Shown here: one piece after another, positions 37,110 through 49,049 of the stretch
Layout of the letters: each line of letters opens with the position of its first letter
Numbering within the stretch: position 1 is the stretch's first letter
Assembly (NCBI RefSeq): GCF_963921235.1
Contig: NC_086108.1
Coordinates: forward strand, 16,988,001-17,052,000
Origin: Mobula hypostoma
Taxonomy: Eukaryota
Reading direction: 5' to 3'
DNA: 64,000 bases
Position numbers and translations under genes: made by a program
Notes under the pieces: generated by a model
What the model was told of the DNA's origin: nothing
Databases searched by the model: none
What the model saw: only the letters and a program-made list of their open reading frames with translations

Positions 37110-38137
37110 CACTCTTGCAAATGTCACTCCACTCTTTAAGAAAGGAGGAAGGCAGCAGAAAGTAAATTATAGACCAGTTAGCCTGACCTCAGTGGTTAGG
37201 AAGATATTAGGGTCAATTGTTAAGGATGAGATGATGGAGTACTTGTTGACATAGGACAAGATAGTACAAAATCAGCATGGTTTCCTTCACGGAAAGTCCT
37301 GCCTGATGAACCTGTTGGAATTCTTTGAGGAAATTACAAGTAGGATAGATAAAGGGAATGCAGTGGATGTTCTATGTTTGAACTTTCAGAAGGCCTTTGA
37401 CAAGGTGCCACACATGAGGCTGCTTACCAAGTTAAGACTCCATGGTATTACAGGAAATTTACTAACATGGTTAGAGCATTGGTTGATTGGTAGGAGGCAG
37501 TGAGTGGGAATAAAACGATCCTTTTCTGGTTAGCTGCCAGTGACTAGTGGCGTTCCACAAGGGTCAGTGTTGGGACCACTTCTTTTTATGCTGTCCATAA
37601 ATGATTCAGATGATGGAATAGATGGCTTTGTTGGAAAGTTTGCAGATGATACGAAGATTGGTGGAAGGGCAGGTAGTGTTGATGAAACAGGTAGGATGCA
37701 GAAGGGTTTAGACAGATTAGGAGAATGGGCAAGAAATTGACAAATGAAATACAATGTTGGAAAATTCATGGTCATGCACTTTGGTAGTGGAAATAAATGT
37801 GCGGACTATTTTCTAAATACAGAGAAAATCCAGGAATCTGAGATGCAGAGAGACTTGGGAGTCCTTGTGCAGAACACCCTGAAGGTTAACTTGCAGGTTG
37901 CGTCAGTGGTGAGGAAGGCAAATGCCATGTTAGAATTCATTTCAAGGGGTCTAGAATGCAAGAACAAGGATGTGATGTTGAGGCTTTTTAAGGCACTGGT
38001 GAGGCCTCACCTTGAGTATTGTGAACAGTTTTGGACCCCTCATCTTAGAAAAAATATACTGGCATTGCCGAGGGTACAGAGGAGGTTCACAAAGATGATT
38101 CCAGGAATGAAAGAGTTGTCATACGAGGAACGTTTGA
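37110..38137 (+). mobile_element. CR1 ORF2 RT fragment with stops
   Basis: NYRPVSLTSVV, FQKAFDKVPH, GVPQGSVLGP, KFADDTK, LVRPHLEYC. Confidence 0.9.
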
Positions 38138-38302
38138 TGCACAGAATATCAAGGAACGGTTGTTTGAGATGGTCATTTTTGGAGATAGTCATTGCCTGGC
38201 CCTTGGGTGGCTCAAATGTTACTTGCCACTTGTCAGCCCAAGCCTAGATATTGTCCAGGTCCTGCTGCATTTGGATATGAACTGCTTCCCTATCTGACGG
38301 GT

Positions 38303-40448
38303 CATGAATTTGAAGAAATGAGAAAGGATCTAAAAAGCGTGGATTGGGACAGGTTGTTCTCTGGCAAGGATGTAATCGGTAAGTGGGAAGCCTTCAAAGG
38401 AGAGATTTTGAGAGTGCAGAGCTTGTATGTTCCTGTCAGGATTAAAGGCAAAGTGAATAGGAATAAGGAACCTTGGTTCTCAAGGGATATTGCAACTCTG
38501 ATAAGGAAGAAGAGAGAGTTGTATGACATGTATAGGAAACAGGGAGTAAATAAGGTGCTTGAGGAGTATAAAAAGTGCAAGAAAATACTTAAAAAGGAAA
38601 TCAGGAAGGCTGAAAGAAGACATGAGGTTGCCTTGGCAGTCAAAGTGAAGGATAATCCAAAGAGTTTTTACAGTTATATTAAGAGTAAAAGGATTGTAAG
38701 GGATAAAATTGGTCCTCTTGAAGATCAGAGTGGTCGGCTATGTGTGGAAGCAAAAGAAATGGGGGAGATCTTAAATGGGTTTTTTGCATCTGTATTTACT
38801 GAGGAAACTGGCATGAAGTCTATGGAATTAAGGGAAACAAGTAGTGAGATCATGGAAACTGTACAGATTGAAAAGGAGGAGGTGCTTGCTATGTTGAGGC
38901 AAATTAAAGTGGACCTGACAGGGTATTCCCTCGGACCTTGAAGGAGACTAGTGTTGAAATTGCAGGGGCCCTGGCAGATATATTTAAAATGTCGGTGCCT
39001 ACGGGTGAGGTGCCGGAGGATTGGAGAATGGCTCATGTTGTTCTGTTGTTTAAAAAAGGATCAAAAAGTAATCTGGGAAATTATAGGCCGGTAAGTTTGA
39101 TGTCAGTAGTGGATAAGTTATTGGAGGGAGAATCTACAAACATTTGGATAGACAGGGACTTATTAGGGAGAGTCAACATGGCTTTGTACATGGTAGGTCA
39201 TGGTTAACCAATCTACTGGAGTTTTTCGAGGTGGTTACCAGGAAAGTGGATGAAGGGAAGGCAGTGGATGTTGTCTACATGGACTTCAGTAAGGCCTTTG
39301 ACAAGGTCCCGTATGGGAGGTTAGTTAGGAAAATTCAGTCGCTAGGTATACATGGAGAGGTGGTAAATTGGGTTAGACATTGGTTCAATGGAAGAAGCCA
39401 AAGAGTGGTAGTAGAGGATTGCTTCTCAGAGTGGAGGCCTGTAACTGGTGGTGTGCCACAGAGATCAGTGCTGGGTCCATTGTTATTTGTCATCTATATC
39501 AATGATCTGGATGATAATGTGGTAAATTGGATCAGCAAATTTGCTAATGATACAAAGACTGGAGGTGTAGTGGACAGTGAGGAAGGTTTTCAAAGCTTGC
39601 AGAGGGATTTGGACCAGCTGGAAAAATGGGCTGAAAAATGGCAGATGGAGTTTAATACAGACAAATGTGAGGTATTGTACTTTGGAAGGACAAACCAAGG
39701 TAGAACATACAGGGTAAATGGTAAGGCACTGAGGAGTGTAGTAGAACAGAGGGATCTGGGAATACAGATACAAAATTCCCTAAAAGTGGTGTCACAGTTA
39801 GATAGGGTCGTAAAGAGAGCTTTTGGTACATTGGCCTTTATTAATCAAAGTATTGAGTGTAAGAGCTGGAATGTTATGATGAGGTTGTATAAGGCATTGG
39901 TGAGGCCGAATCTGGAGTATTGTGTTCAGTTTTGGTCACCAAATTACAGGAAGGATATTAATAAGGTTGAAAGAGTGCAGAGAAGGTTTACAAGGATGTT
40001 GCCGGGACTTGAAAAACTCAGTTACAGAGAAAGGTTGAATAGGTTAGGACTTTATTCCCTGGAGCGTAGAAGAATGAGGGGAGATTTGATAGAGGTATAT
40101 AAAATTATGATGGGTATAGATAGACTGAATGCAAGCAGGCTTTTTCCACTGAGGCAAGGGGAGAAAAAAACCAGAGGACATGGGTTAAGGGTGAAGGGGA
40201 AAAAGTTTAAAGGGAACATTAGGGGGAGCTTCTTCAGACAGAGAGTGGTGGGAGTGTGGAATGAACTGCCAGACGAGGTGGTAAATGTGGGTTCTTTTTT
40301 AACATTTAAGAATAAATTGGACAGATACATGGATGGGAGGTGTATGGAGGGATATGGTCCGTGTGCAGGTCAGTGGGACTAGGCAGAAAATGGTTCAGCA
40401 CAGCCAAGAAGGGCCAAAAGGCCTGTTTCTGTGCTGTAGTTTTTCTGT
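38303..40448 (+). mobile_element. 5'-truncated CR1 LINE; ORF2 in three frameshifted pieces
   Basis: ORFs 38192-38941, 38938-39207 and 39144-40382 (412 aa; FADD changed to FAND); 3' UTR present. Confidence 0.93.
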
Positions 40449-40627
40449 GGTTTCAATGGTTTTTCTAATGTTGTGCAGTCATCTGCGAACATCCCCACTT
40501 CTGACCTCATGATGGAAGGAAGGTCATTGATGAAGCAGCTGAAGATGATTGGTCCTAGGACATTTCCCTGAGGAACTCCTGCAGTGATGTCCTGATGATG
40601 AGATGATTGACCTCCAACCAACACAAC

Positions 40628-40950
40628 CTACAGCACAATACAGGCCCTTTGGCCCACAAAACTGTGCCGAACATGTCCTTAACTTAGAAATTACCTAGGG
40701 TAACCCATACCCTCTATTTTTCTGATCTCCATGTACCTGTCCAGGAGACTCTTAAAAGACCCTATCATATCTGCTCCACCACCATCACCAGCAGCCCATT
40801 CCACGCACCCACTACTCTCTGCATAAAATACTTAGCCCTGACATTTCCTCTGTACCTACTTCCAAGCACGTTAAAACTGTGCCCTCTCGTGGTAGCCATT
40901 TCAGCCCTGGGAAAAAACCTGTGACCATCCACACTATCAATGCCTCTGTT
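40628..40950 (-). mobile_element. CR1 3' end fragment, same subfamily as 3740-4060
   Basis: Reverse complement of 3745-4060. Confidence 0.85.
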
Positions 40951-42323
40951 CGAAGTTTATCTCATTTAGCACTGTGGTAGTGCTACACAATGTGGTGGAG
41001 GGTTTCTTCAGTGTGCAGTCAGGATTTAGTCTCCATAAATACTGTGCGGTGATCACTTCTACCAATGCTCTCATGGACAGATGCTTCCATGGCAGGCAGG
41101 TTGGTGAGAATGAGGTCAAGTGTGTTTTTCCCTCTTGTTGGTTCCCTCACCACCTGCTGTAGTCCCAGTCTAGTAGCTATGTCTAGTAGGACCCGACCAG
41201 CTCAGTCTGCGGTGGTACTGCCAAGCCACTCATGGTGATGGATATTGAAGTACATTCTGTGCCCTTGCCACCCTCAATGCCTCTTCCAAGTGCTGCTCAA
41301 CATGGAGAAATACTGATCCGTCAGCTGAGGGAGGATGGGGCGTAGTAATCTGCAGGAGGTTCCCTTGCCCATGTGTAACCTGGTGCCATGAGACTTCATG
41401 GGGTCCAGAGTCGACGTTGAGAGTTGCCAGAGCAACTCCTTCTCTACTGTATACCACAGCGCCACCACCTCTGCTAGGTCTGTCCTGCCAGAGAGACAGT
41501 ACATACTCAGGAATGGTGATGGTGGAGTCCGGAATGGTAACTGCAAGGTATGATTCTGTCAGTACAACCATGTCAGGCTGTTGCTTGACTAGTCTGTGAG
41601 ACACCTCTCCCAACTTTGGCACAAGTCCCCAGATGTTAGTAAGGAGGACTTTGCTGGTTCGACAGGGCTGGTTTTGCCATTGTCGTTTCCAGTGCCTAGG
41701 TCGATTCTGGGTTGTCTGTCCAGGTTCATTCCTTATTATTTTCTTTATAGTTGTTGGATTCAACCGAATAGCTTCCTGGGCTATTTCAGAGGGCATTTTA
41801 CTGTCAACCACATTGCTGTGGGTCTGGAGACACATATAGGCCAGACCAGATAAGAACAGCAGGAATCCTCCCCTAAAGGACATCAATGAACCAAATGGGT
41901 TTTTACCATAAGCGACGTGGTTTCATGATCATTAGATACATACTGTATATGTATATTTTAATTGTCTTTCTTTCTTTTTAAATCTTTTTATTGAGTAAGT
42001 ATACAAAAAAGGTAAGCCATATAAACATTAATACAATGTTAAAGTATAATAAAATTCCAAAAGATAACAATACCAAAAAGAAAATACTACAAACAATGTA
42101 ATTTAAGCATAAGAAACCAAGATAACATAATAGTATACTAGATTTTATATATATCAATGGAAAAAAAGAAAAAAAAAACCCCAAAAAAAAACCCACCGTG
42201 CAACTAACTAAAAGCAAAGCAAAGCAATGGGCTAACTTGAAACCAAACAGAGTTAAACTTAAAATCACGTCCTCAATCCCGACCTCCATTAAAACAGTGA
42301 AGAGAAAACAAGAAGGGTAAATA

Positions 42324-45300
42324 TTACATTAAATGAAAATATCGAATAAAAGGTCCCCAAATCTGTTCAAATTTAAATGAAGAATCATAAAGGTTACTTC
42401 TAATTTTCTCCAGATTCAAACATAAAATCGTCTGAGAAAACCAAAAAAAGGTAGTTGGAGCATTAAGCTCTTTCCAATGTTGTAAAATACATCTTTTCGC
42501 CATTAAAGTAAGAAATGCAATCATTCTACGGGCTGAAGGGGAAAGATTACTAGAAATTTTAGGTAGTCCAAAGATAGCAGTAATAGGGTGAGGAGAGATA
42601 TCTATATTTAATACCTTAGAAATAATATTGAAAATATCTCTCCAAAAAGTTTCCAAAGTAGGGCAAGACCAAAACATATGAGTTAAAGAGGCTATCTGCC
42701 CCGAACATCTATCACAGAAAGGATTAATATGCGAGTAAAAACGCGCTAACTTATCTTTGGACATATGTGCTCTATGAACCACTTTAAATTGAATTAGGGA
42801 ATGTTTAGCACAAATAGAGGAAGTATTAACTAATTGTAAAATCTGCCCCCAATCATCCACAGAAATGGTAAGCCCCAATTCCTGTTCCCAATCTACCCTA
42901 ATCTTATCAAATGGAGCTTTCCTAAGTTTCATAATAATATTATAAATCATAGCCGATGCACCTTTCTGACATGGATTAAGGTTAATTATCGAATCTAAAA
43001 TATATATAGGAGGAAGCATTGGAAAGGAAGTAAGTATAGTACTTAGGAAATTTCTAACTTGTAAATATCTAAAAAAATGTATTCTTGATAAGTTATATTT
43101 GTTAGATAATTGTTCAAAAGACATAAGGGAACCATCTAAAAATAAATCCAAAAACCGTAAAATACCCTTAGTCTTCCAAGTTTGAAAAGCGCGATCCGTG
43201 AAAGAGGGAGGAAAAAATATGTTACCTAAAATAGGAATCGCTAACCCGAATTGATTAAGATCAAAAAATTTTCTGAATTGAAACCAAATGCGCAAAGCAT
43301 ATTTAACTATCGGGTTAGAGACCTGCTTAAGACGTTTCGAATCAAAAGGAAGAGAGGAACCTAAAATAGAACCAAGTGTATAACCCTGAACAGATTGTAA
43401 TTCCAATGCTACCCATTTAGGAATAAATAGTATGTCCCGATCAAGTAACCAAAATTTCATATGTCGAATATTAATAGCCCAATAATAAAATCTAAAGTTA
43501 GGTAATGCTAAACCTCCATCTCTCTTAGCTTTCTGTAAATGTATTTTACCCAGTCTCGGGTTCTTGTTCTGCCAAATAAATGAAGAAATTTTAGAGTCAA
43601 CTTTATCAAAAAAAGATTTAGGAACGAAAATTGGTAATGCCTGAAACACATATAAAAATTTTGGCAAAAAAAACATCTTAACTGCATTAATACGACCAAT
43701 CAAAGTTAAATATAAGGGAAACCATTTAGATGAAAGTTGAGTAATATGGTCTATTAATGGTAAAAAGTTAGTCTTAAATAAATCTTTATGTTTACAAGTA
43801 ATTTTAATCCCAAGATATGAAAAGTAATTATTAATCAATTTAAATGGAAATTTATAATATAAGGGAAGATGTTTATTAATCGGAAAAAGTTCACTCTTAC
43901 TAAGATTTAATTTATAACCTGAGAAAAGACCAAATTGTGCTAATAACTCTAAAACAGCAGGAATGGATCTCTCAGGATTAGAAATATATAAAAGTAAATC
44001 ATCAGCATAGAGTGATAATTTATGGGACTTTAATCCCCGAGTTATCCCAGTAATATTTAAAGATTCTCGAATAGCAATTGCAAGAGGTTCTAATGCAATA
44101 TCAAATAATAGGGGACTAAGAGGACAGCCTTGTCGAGTACCACGAAAGAGAGGAAAAAAAGGTGAGTTTAAGGAGTTAGTACGAACCGAGGCTACAGGGG
44201 AGTAATATAACAGTTTAATCCAGGATATAAATTTCAAGCTAAAATTAAACATTTCAAGCACCTTAAATAAATAAGGCCATTCTACTCTATCAAAAGCTTT
44301 CTCGGCATCTAAAGAAATAACACACTCAGGAACATTTTGTGAGGGAGTATAAACGATATTTAACAATGTACGAATATTATAAAAAGAGTAACGACCTTTA
44401 ATAAAACCCGTTTGGTCTTCCGAAATAATAGAAGGAAGTACTTTTTCTAGTCTATTTGCTAATAACTTAGAAAAAACTTTAGAATCAACATTTAATAAAG
44501 ATATTGGTCTATAAGATGCACATTGAGCAGGGTCTTTATCCTTCTTTAGTATTAAAGAAATTGATGCTCTATTAAAAGATTCCGGAAGTTTACCAAGTTT
44601 CAAAGAAGCCTCAAAAACCTTATAGAGCCAAGGAATCAATAAAGAAGCAAAACATTTATAAAATTCAACGGTAAACCCATCAGGGCCAGGAGCTTTCCCC
44701 AGATTCATAGAAAAAATAACATTCTTAATCTCATCCATTGTAATGGAAGTATCTAATAAAGAAGACATATCCTGTGAAATCAGAGGGAAGTCTAACTTAT
44801 CTAAAAAATCATTCATATATTTAGAATCTCGAGGAGACTCTGATTGGTATAAAGAAGAATAAAAATCACAAAAGGTTTGATTAATCCCCACATGATCCAA
44901 TATCAATCGATCATTTTGGTTATAAATCTGATTGATTTGAGATTTAACATAATTAGATTTCAATTGATTAGCCAGCAGCTTGCCAATTTTATCACTGTGA
45001 ACATAAAAATCACTTCTTGTTTTCTTTAATTGGTTTACAATCGAGGACGAGAGTAGTAAACTGTGTTCCATTTGAAGTTCAGTTCTTTGTTTGTATAGCT
45101 CCTCAGAAGGAGCCATAACATATTTCTTATCAATTTCTTTAATCTTGTCCACAATTACCATCTCCTCCTGCTTCTGTTTCTTCCTCAAAGCAACGGAATA
45201 CGAAATAATCTGACCCCGAATATAGGCTTTAAAAGTGTCCCAAAGAGTGTTAACCGAAATATCTTCTGTATGGTTAATTGTAAAAAAAAGCTCAATCTGT

Positions 45301-46100
45301 TCATTCATAAAATTAACAAAGTCCGAGTCCTGAAGCAACAGCGAATTAAAACGCCATTGTCTATTGTTTGGTATATTGGCCATAATTTTAATAGAAAGCT
45401 TAAGTGGAGCATGATCCGAAATGGTTATAGAATCATAATCACATTTAATCACTGAAGAAATGAGACGAGAATCAATGAAAAAATAATCAATTCTTGAATA
45501 GGAATGATGAACATGTGAAAAGAAGGAAAAATCTTTTTCCTGAGGATGCAGAAAACGCCAAATGTCCGTCGACCCAGAATCAGAAAGGAAAAAATTAATC
45601 AAATTTGCAGATTTATTAGGTAAAGTCCGTAAAGGAGCCGAACGGTCCAAAGCTGGAGATAAACAGGTATTAAGATCTCCGCCCCAAATCAATGAAAACT
45701 CGTTCAAATTCGGAAACTGATCAAACAATGATTTATAAAATTCCGGACAATCCATATTAGGAGCATAAACATTAACCAAAACTACTTTTTTATTAAATAA
45801 TAAACCACTAACCAATAAAAATCTACCATTCGGATCAGAGATAATATCCTGTTGTATAAAAGTAACTGAGGAGTCTATAAAGATAGAGACGCCTCGAATC
45901 TTAGCATTGGAGTTCGAATGAAATTGTTGTCCCTTCCAAAATTTGAAAAAACGTAGTCTGTCCCCCCTCCGTACATGGGTCTCTTGTAAAAATAAAATTT
46001 GTGCTTTAAGTCTCCGGAACACTTTAAAAACTTTTTTCCTTTTAATAGGATGATTAAGACCATTAGTATTCCAGGAGACAAAATTAATAATAGACTCCAT
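42324..46100 (-). CDS. L1 ORF2p: APE endonuclease, reverse transcriptase, CCHC domain (1258 aa from ATG at 46100)
   Basis: SWNTNG, LQETH, NVYAPN, GDLN, SRIDY, SDH; DAEKAFD, QGCPLSP, YADD; CDRC-x8-HMFWSC; no stops or frameshifts. Confidence 0.95.
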   Translation of the reverse strand: MESIINFVSWNTNGLNHPIKRKKVFKVFRRLKAQILFLQETHVRRGDRLRFFKFWKGQQFHSNSNAKIRGVSIFIDSSVTFIQQDIISDPNGRFLLVSGLLFNKKVVLVNVYAPNMDCPEFYKSLFDQFPNLNEFSLIWGGDLNTCLSPALDRSAPLRTLPNKSANLINFFLSDSGSTDIWRFLHPQEKDFSFFSHVHHSYSRIDYFFIDSRLISSVIKCDYDSITISDHAPLKLSIKIMANIPNNRQWRFNSLLLQDSDFVNFMNEQIELFFTINHTEDISVNTLWDTFKAYIRGQIISYSVALRKKQKQEEMVIVDKIKEIDKKYVMAPSEELYKQRTELQMEHSLLLSSSIVNQLKKTRSDFYVHSDKIGKLLANQLKSNYVKSQINQIYNQNDRLILDHVGINQTFCDFYSSLYQSESPRDSKYMNDFLDKLDFPLISQDMSSLLDTSITMDEIKNVIFSMNLGKAPGPDGFTVEFYKCFASLLIPWLYKVFEASLKLGKLPESFNRASISLILKKDKDPAQCASYRPISLLNVDSKVFSKLLANRLEKVLPSIISEDQTGFIKGRYSFYNIRTLLNIVYTPSQNVPECVISLDAEKAFDRVEWPYLFKVLEMFNFSLKFISWIKLLYYSPVASVRTNSLNSPFFPLFRGTRQGCPLSPLLFDIALEPLAIAIRESLNITGITRGLKSHKLSLYADDLLLYISNPERSIPAVLELLAQFGLFSGYKLNLSKSELFPINKHLPLYYKFPFKLINNYFSYLGIKITCKHKDLFKTNFLPLIDHITQLSSKWFPLYLTLIGRINAVKMFFLPKFLYVFQALPIFVPKSFFDKVDSKISSFIWQNKNPRLGKIHLQKAKRDGGLALPNFRFYYWAINIRHMKFWLLDRDILFIPKWVALELQSVQGYTLGSILGSSLPFDSKRLKQVSNPIVKYALRIWFQFRKFFDLNQFGLAIPILGNIFFPPSFTDRAFQTWKTKGILRFLDLFLDGSLMSFEQLSNKYNLSRIHFFRYLQVRNFLSTILTSFPMLPPIYILDSIINLNPCQKGASAMIYNIIMKLRKAPFDKIRVDWEQELGLTISVDDWGQILQLVNTSSICAKHSLIQFKVVHRAHMSKDKLARFYSHINPFCDRCSGQIASLTHMFWSCPTLETFWRDIFNIISKVLNIDISPHPITAIFGLPKISSNLSPSARRMIAFLTLMAKRCILQHWKELNAPTTFFWFSQTILCLNLEKIRSNLYDSSFKFEQIWGPFIRYFHLM

Positions 46101-46818
46101 AAATCCTAAAGTCAACCCATAACAAGGAGGATTGACAATAGGCGCGACCCACAGACCCGGAGAGGAAACAGAACATACAAAAGATACCGGGGAAAAGGAC
46201 GTAACCAATACTTCAATAATGTATATAGCCCAAAGAGAAACAAACTAAAACGTGAAGCCCCTCCCACCGCCCCCCACCCCAGGACCCCAAGGCGAAATCT
46301 AAAGCAGACCCGCCAGAAAGAAGCAAGCGCTAAAACTACCCCCATGACTTCCGGTATACGCTCCCTAAAAAAAAGGTATAAATATGAAAAGGATCAGCTA
46401 ATTGTAAAACAGTAAAAAATAAGTAAAAAAAAGTTAACTCAATTAAAATACACACAGAACAGAACAAAAGCCGGAAAGTATATATTAAAAAAAACCACAA
46501 TAAACCTCAAACTCATGAATAGACACAGCAACAAAAAAAATAGGATTATTAACATAAAATGATTATAAAAAGCAAAACAGAATAAAATTTAAAAAAAACT
46601 ACAAAATTTAAGGCCGCACAGGAAATACGTAAGATGACAAAAGGGAAGTAACCACCCAGAATCCCCTGGGAAAAGAAAGAAATGACGCAGTTAAAAAGAA
46701 AGTTTAGCAGCCATATTAAGAAATCGAAAGTAAACTTTTCTGCCCAAATAGGGCACAGAAAAGTTAAAACCAACCAATTCACAGCCTCCGATCAACGGAG
46801 AAAATTAAAAAAAGGCAA

Positions 46819-47718
46819 TTAAGATGTTGAAGATGAAAGTTGATCCAGATAACTCTGGGCATCCGATGGAGAATCAAAAAAACGAAGAGCTCCATCTAAC
46901 ATGCGAATCCTTAGACGTGCAGGGTACAGCAGCGCTGGTCTTAAATCCATCTTATAGAATTCCGACATCACGGATCTGTAACGGACCCGTTGGTCCCAGA
47001 TTGGTTTACTGAAATCTTCCACGAATCGGAACTTAAGATCCGAAAAATCAATGAAACCTTTAGATCGAGCGAATCGAAACAGTCTCTCCTTATCTTGAAA
47101 GTAATGAAAACGTAAGATAACATGCCTAGGTCTATCTGACCTAGACGAATATGATGGGATTCTGTGAACACGATCCAGTAGCGGTGGTTGGTCAGGAAAT
47201 ACAGTAGGGAATGCATCTTTTAAAAGTTGAGAGAAATATTTCATAGGGTTGTTAGCTTCCACGGCTTCCCTGACGCCAATCATTCGTAAATTCTGCCGTC
47301 GCATTCTAGATTCCAAGTCAGAGTTTTTAAAAGTCAAAAAGTCAAGTTTCTTCTTCATTACATTAATTGTTTCTTCGACTTTCCCCATCTTAAGCTCACT
47401 TTGTTGCGCGGATTTTTGAAGACCAGATATAGCCGACTGATGTTCCGCAATACATGTTTGCATCTTATCAATTAAATCGGCAATTTTCTGGAACTTAGTT
47501 GAGATTTCCATATGAATCAGGTCTTTAACAAAGCCCATAATTTCTGTACGAATCATCTCCCTAACAGAGGTTGAAATTTCCCTCTGAATTAACTCCGATA
47601 TAGCTTCCAAAGTCACCGGTGATTCAGTCGGAGGGAGATCCGTAGCTTTCGGTTTAACCGGAGGTTTACCATCCTTGCCGTCTTTCCCGTTCTTAGACAT
47701 AGCAGATCTAAGTTCCAT
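46819..47718 (-). CDS. L1 ORF1p (coiled coil, RRM, C-terminal domain), 299 aa
   Basis: DLESRMRRQNLRMIGVRE, LDRVHR, PRHVILRFHYFQDKE, EDFS, LLYPARLRI; lies upstream of ORF2. Confidence 0.92.
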   Translation of the reverse strand: MELRSAMSKNGKDGKDGKPPVKPKATDLPPTESPVTLEAISELIQREISTSVREMIRTEIMGFVKDLIHMEISTKFQKIADLIDKMQTCIAEHQSAISGLQKSAQQSELKMGKVEETINVMKKKLDFLTFKNSDLESRMRRQNLRMIGVREAVEANNPMKYFSQLLKDAFPTVFPDQPPLLDRVHRIPSYSSRSDRPRHVILRFHYFQDKERLFRFARSKGFIDFSDLKFRFVEDFSKPIWDQRVRYRSVMSEFYKMDLRPALLYPARLRIRMLDGALRFFDSPSDAQSYLDQLSSSTS

Positions 47719-48459
47719 CCAATTGTCAGAGAATTCAGTTTAATTCAAAGTATTGTAAAAATTGATGCCTTAATAGTTAATTAAAGTATAGCTGACCATA
47801 GAGAGAAAAAACTCAGAGGTAATGGAGCGAGTCAAGAACGCGACTTCACTCCATGAGCGCTACCGGAAGTCTCCTATATTTTAATTGAATTCAAATTCAC
47901 CATTTTCCATGGTAGGATTCAAACTCATGTCCTCTGGGTCTCAGGATTACTGATCCATTAGTAATTACCACTACACCAAATCTAATAAACAAAGGTTCTA
48001 ATTATACTGTACCTGTAGGCTTCATTGGGCAAGCTGAGTTGCTCTCATGCCACACACCAAACACCTGAAACAGAAACATTTTCATGATCTTCCAAGGCAA
48101 GAAGTTACTAGATAGATAGAGAAAAAAAAAATTCAAGGGTCTCTTCGAAGTTCAGTCTCTTGAGTGAAGCCATCCCACCAACTACTGAGAACTCTTAGCT
48201 CATAGAAGAAGCTCACCCTTTTCCCAAACTCTTCTACCCAGCCAAGCACCCCTTGCAGAGCAGGTGGATCCCAAATTGGCTCATCAGTGAACACCAGAAT
48301 TGAAATGGGTTGCAAATAGCCCTCTATTTCAAGAGAGCACAAAGGAAGGAAGATGGCACAGTTCAGTTTGTTGCTCACTGCTGCAATGATTTTCATGTGC
48401 AAGGAGAGAAGGCTACCATCACTTTATTCATAAACTAAATATTCTCATATATCCACAAA

Positions 48460-48770
48460 ACATAGAAGAAGATCCATGAAGTCTGCTCACAAGGCAATCC
48501 CATTAATCCCATTCCATCACCTATTTCTGCATTATCTATTATCTCTCCTTTGTCCAACTGCACTATGAATTCCCCTACTATCCACCTACATTAGAGATAA
48601 TCCCCAGTAATCAATTAATCTACCAGATGTGGGAAGACATTGGAGCACCCAGGGAAACCCGTGCACTTACAAGGAGGATCTGTAGACAGCATAAACAATG
48701 CTGGAGGCCAGGTTCAAACCAGACAGCAGGAACTGTCAGGCATCGGCACTACCTGCTGAACCATTGTCAT
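48460..48770 (-). mobile_element. Degenerate V-SINE-like element
   Basis: ATGTGGGAAGACATTGGAGCACCCAGGGAAACCC (V-domain antisense). Confidence 0.55.
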
Positions 48771-49049
48771 TCGCCTGTTATATCTACTACTTCTGTCTGC
48801 AAGAATAGACTTAGTAAGCAATTGTTGCTCTGTGGCACATCTGGCGGCAGCCTAGCATTTTTGTCTGTCTTATGAGTCCAAGTTGCTAGCTCGACACTTG
48901 ACTTAGCACGGATAGAACACATATAAAGAGCCGGCCGGATTCATAGCTGGAACACTCGCCCTGAAGTCTGTTGCAGATGCTACTACACTACCAGCTGGTT
49001 TTAGTACGCAATAGTCTTTGCTATTGCAGGTTTCACTAGATTGAGACAT

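Larger units (their letters stand above)
36670..41935 (-). mobile_element. Older CR1-group LINE fragmented by nested insertions (pieces ~36670-37100, 38140-38300, 40450-40622, 40960-41935)
   Basis: 5'-to-3' order on the minus strand: endonuclease (NIWGLVPKL...VVLTESYL...DRPSRGGG), RT (GVPQGNVLGP...MFADDCT), C-terminus (KSWNSLP...FKKAAHHH). Confidence 0.8.
41965..47874 (-). mobile_element. Full-length L1-clade LINE (5.9 kb) with 13-bp TSD
   Basis: TATATTTTAATTG at 41952-41964 and 47875-47887; 5' end GGAGACTTCCGG; AATAAA followed by an A-rich (GAAA)n tail; two open ORFs. Confidence 0.96.

Noticed and set aside
2411..40382. RT ORFs as retrons, group II introns, DGRs or other prokaryotic RT systems
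   Set aside because: Motifs and 3' tails are those of vertebrate CR1 and Rex1 LINEs, and the copies are truncated and decayed
46101..46208. 36-aa N-terminal extension of L1 ORF2 in the ORF track
   Set aside because: It starts at TTG; the ATG at 46100 sits just before the SWN endonuclease motif, as expected for ORF2p
48875..49000. tRNA gene
   Set aside because: Only a degenerate tRNA-like SINE head on the minus strand; I could not build a cloverleaf
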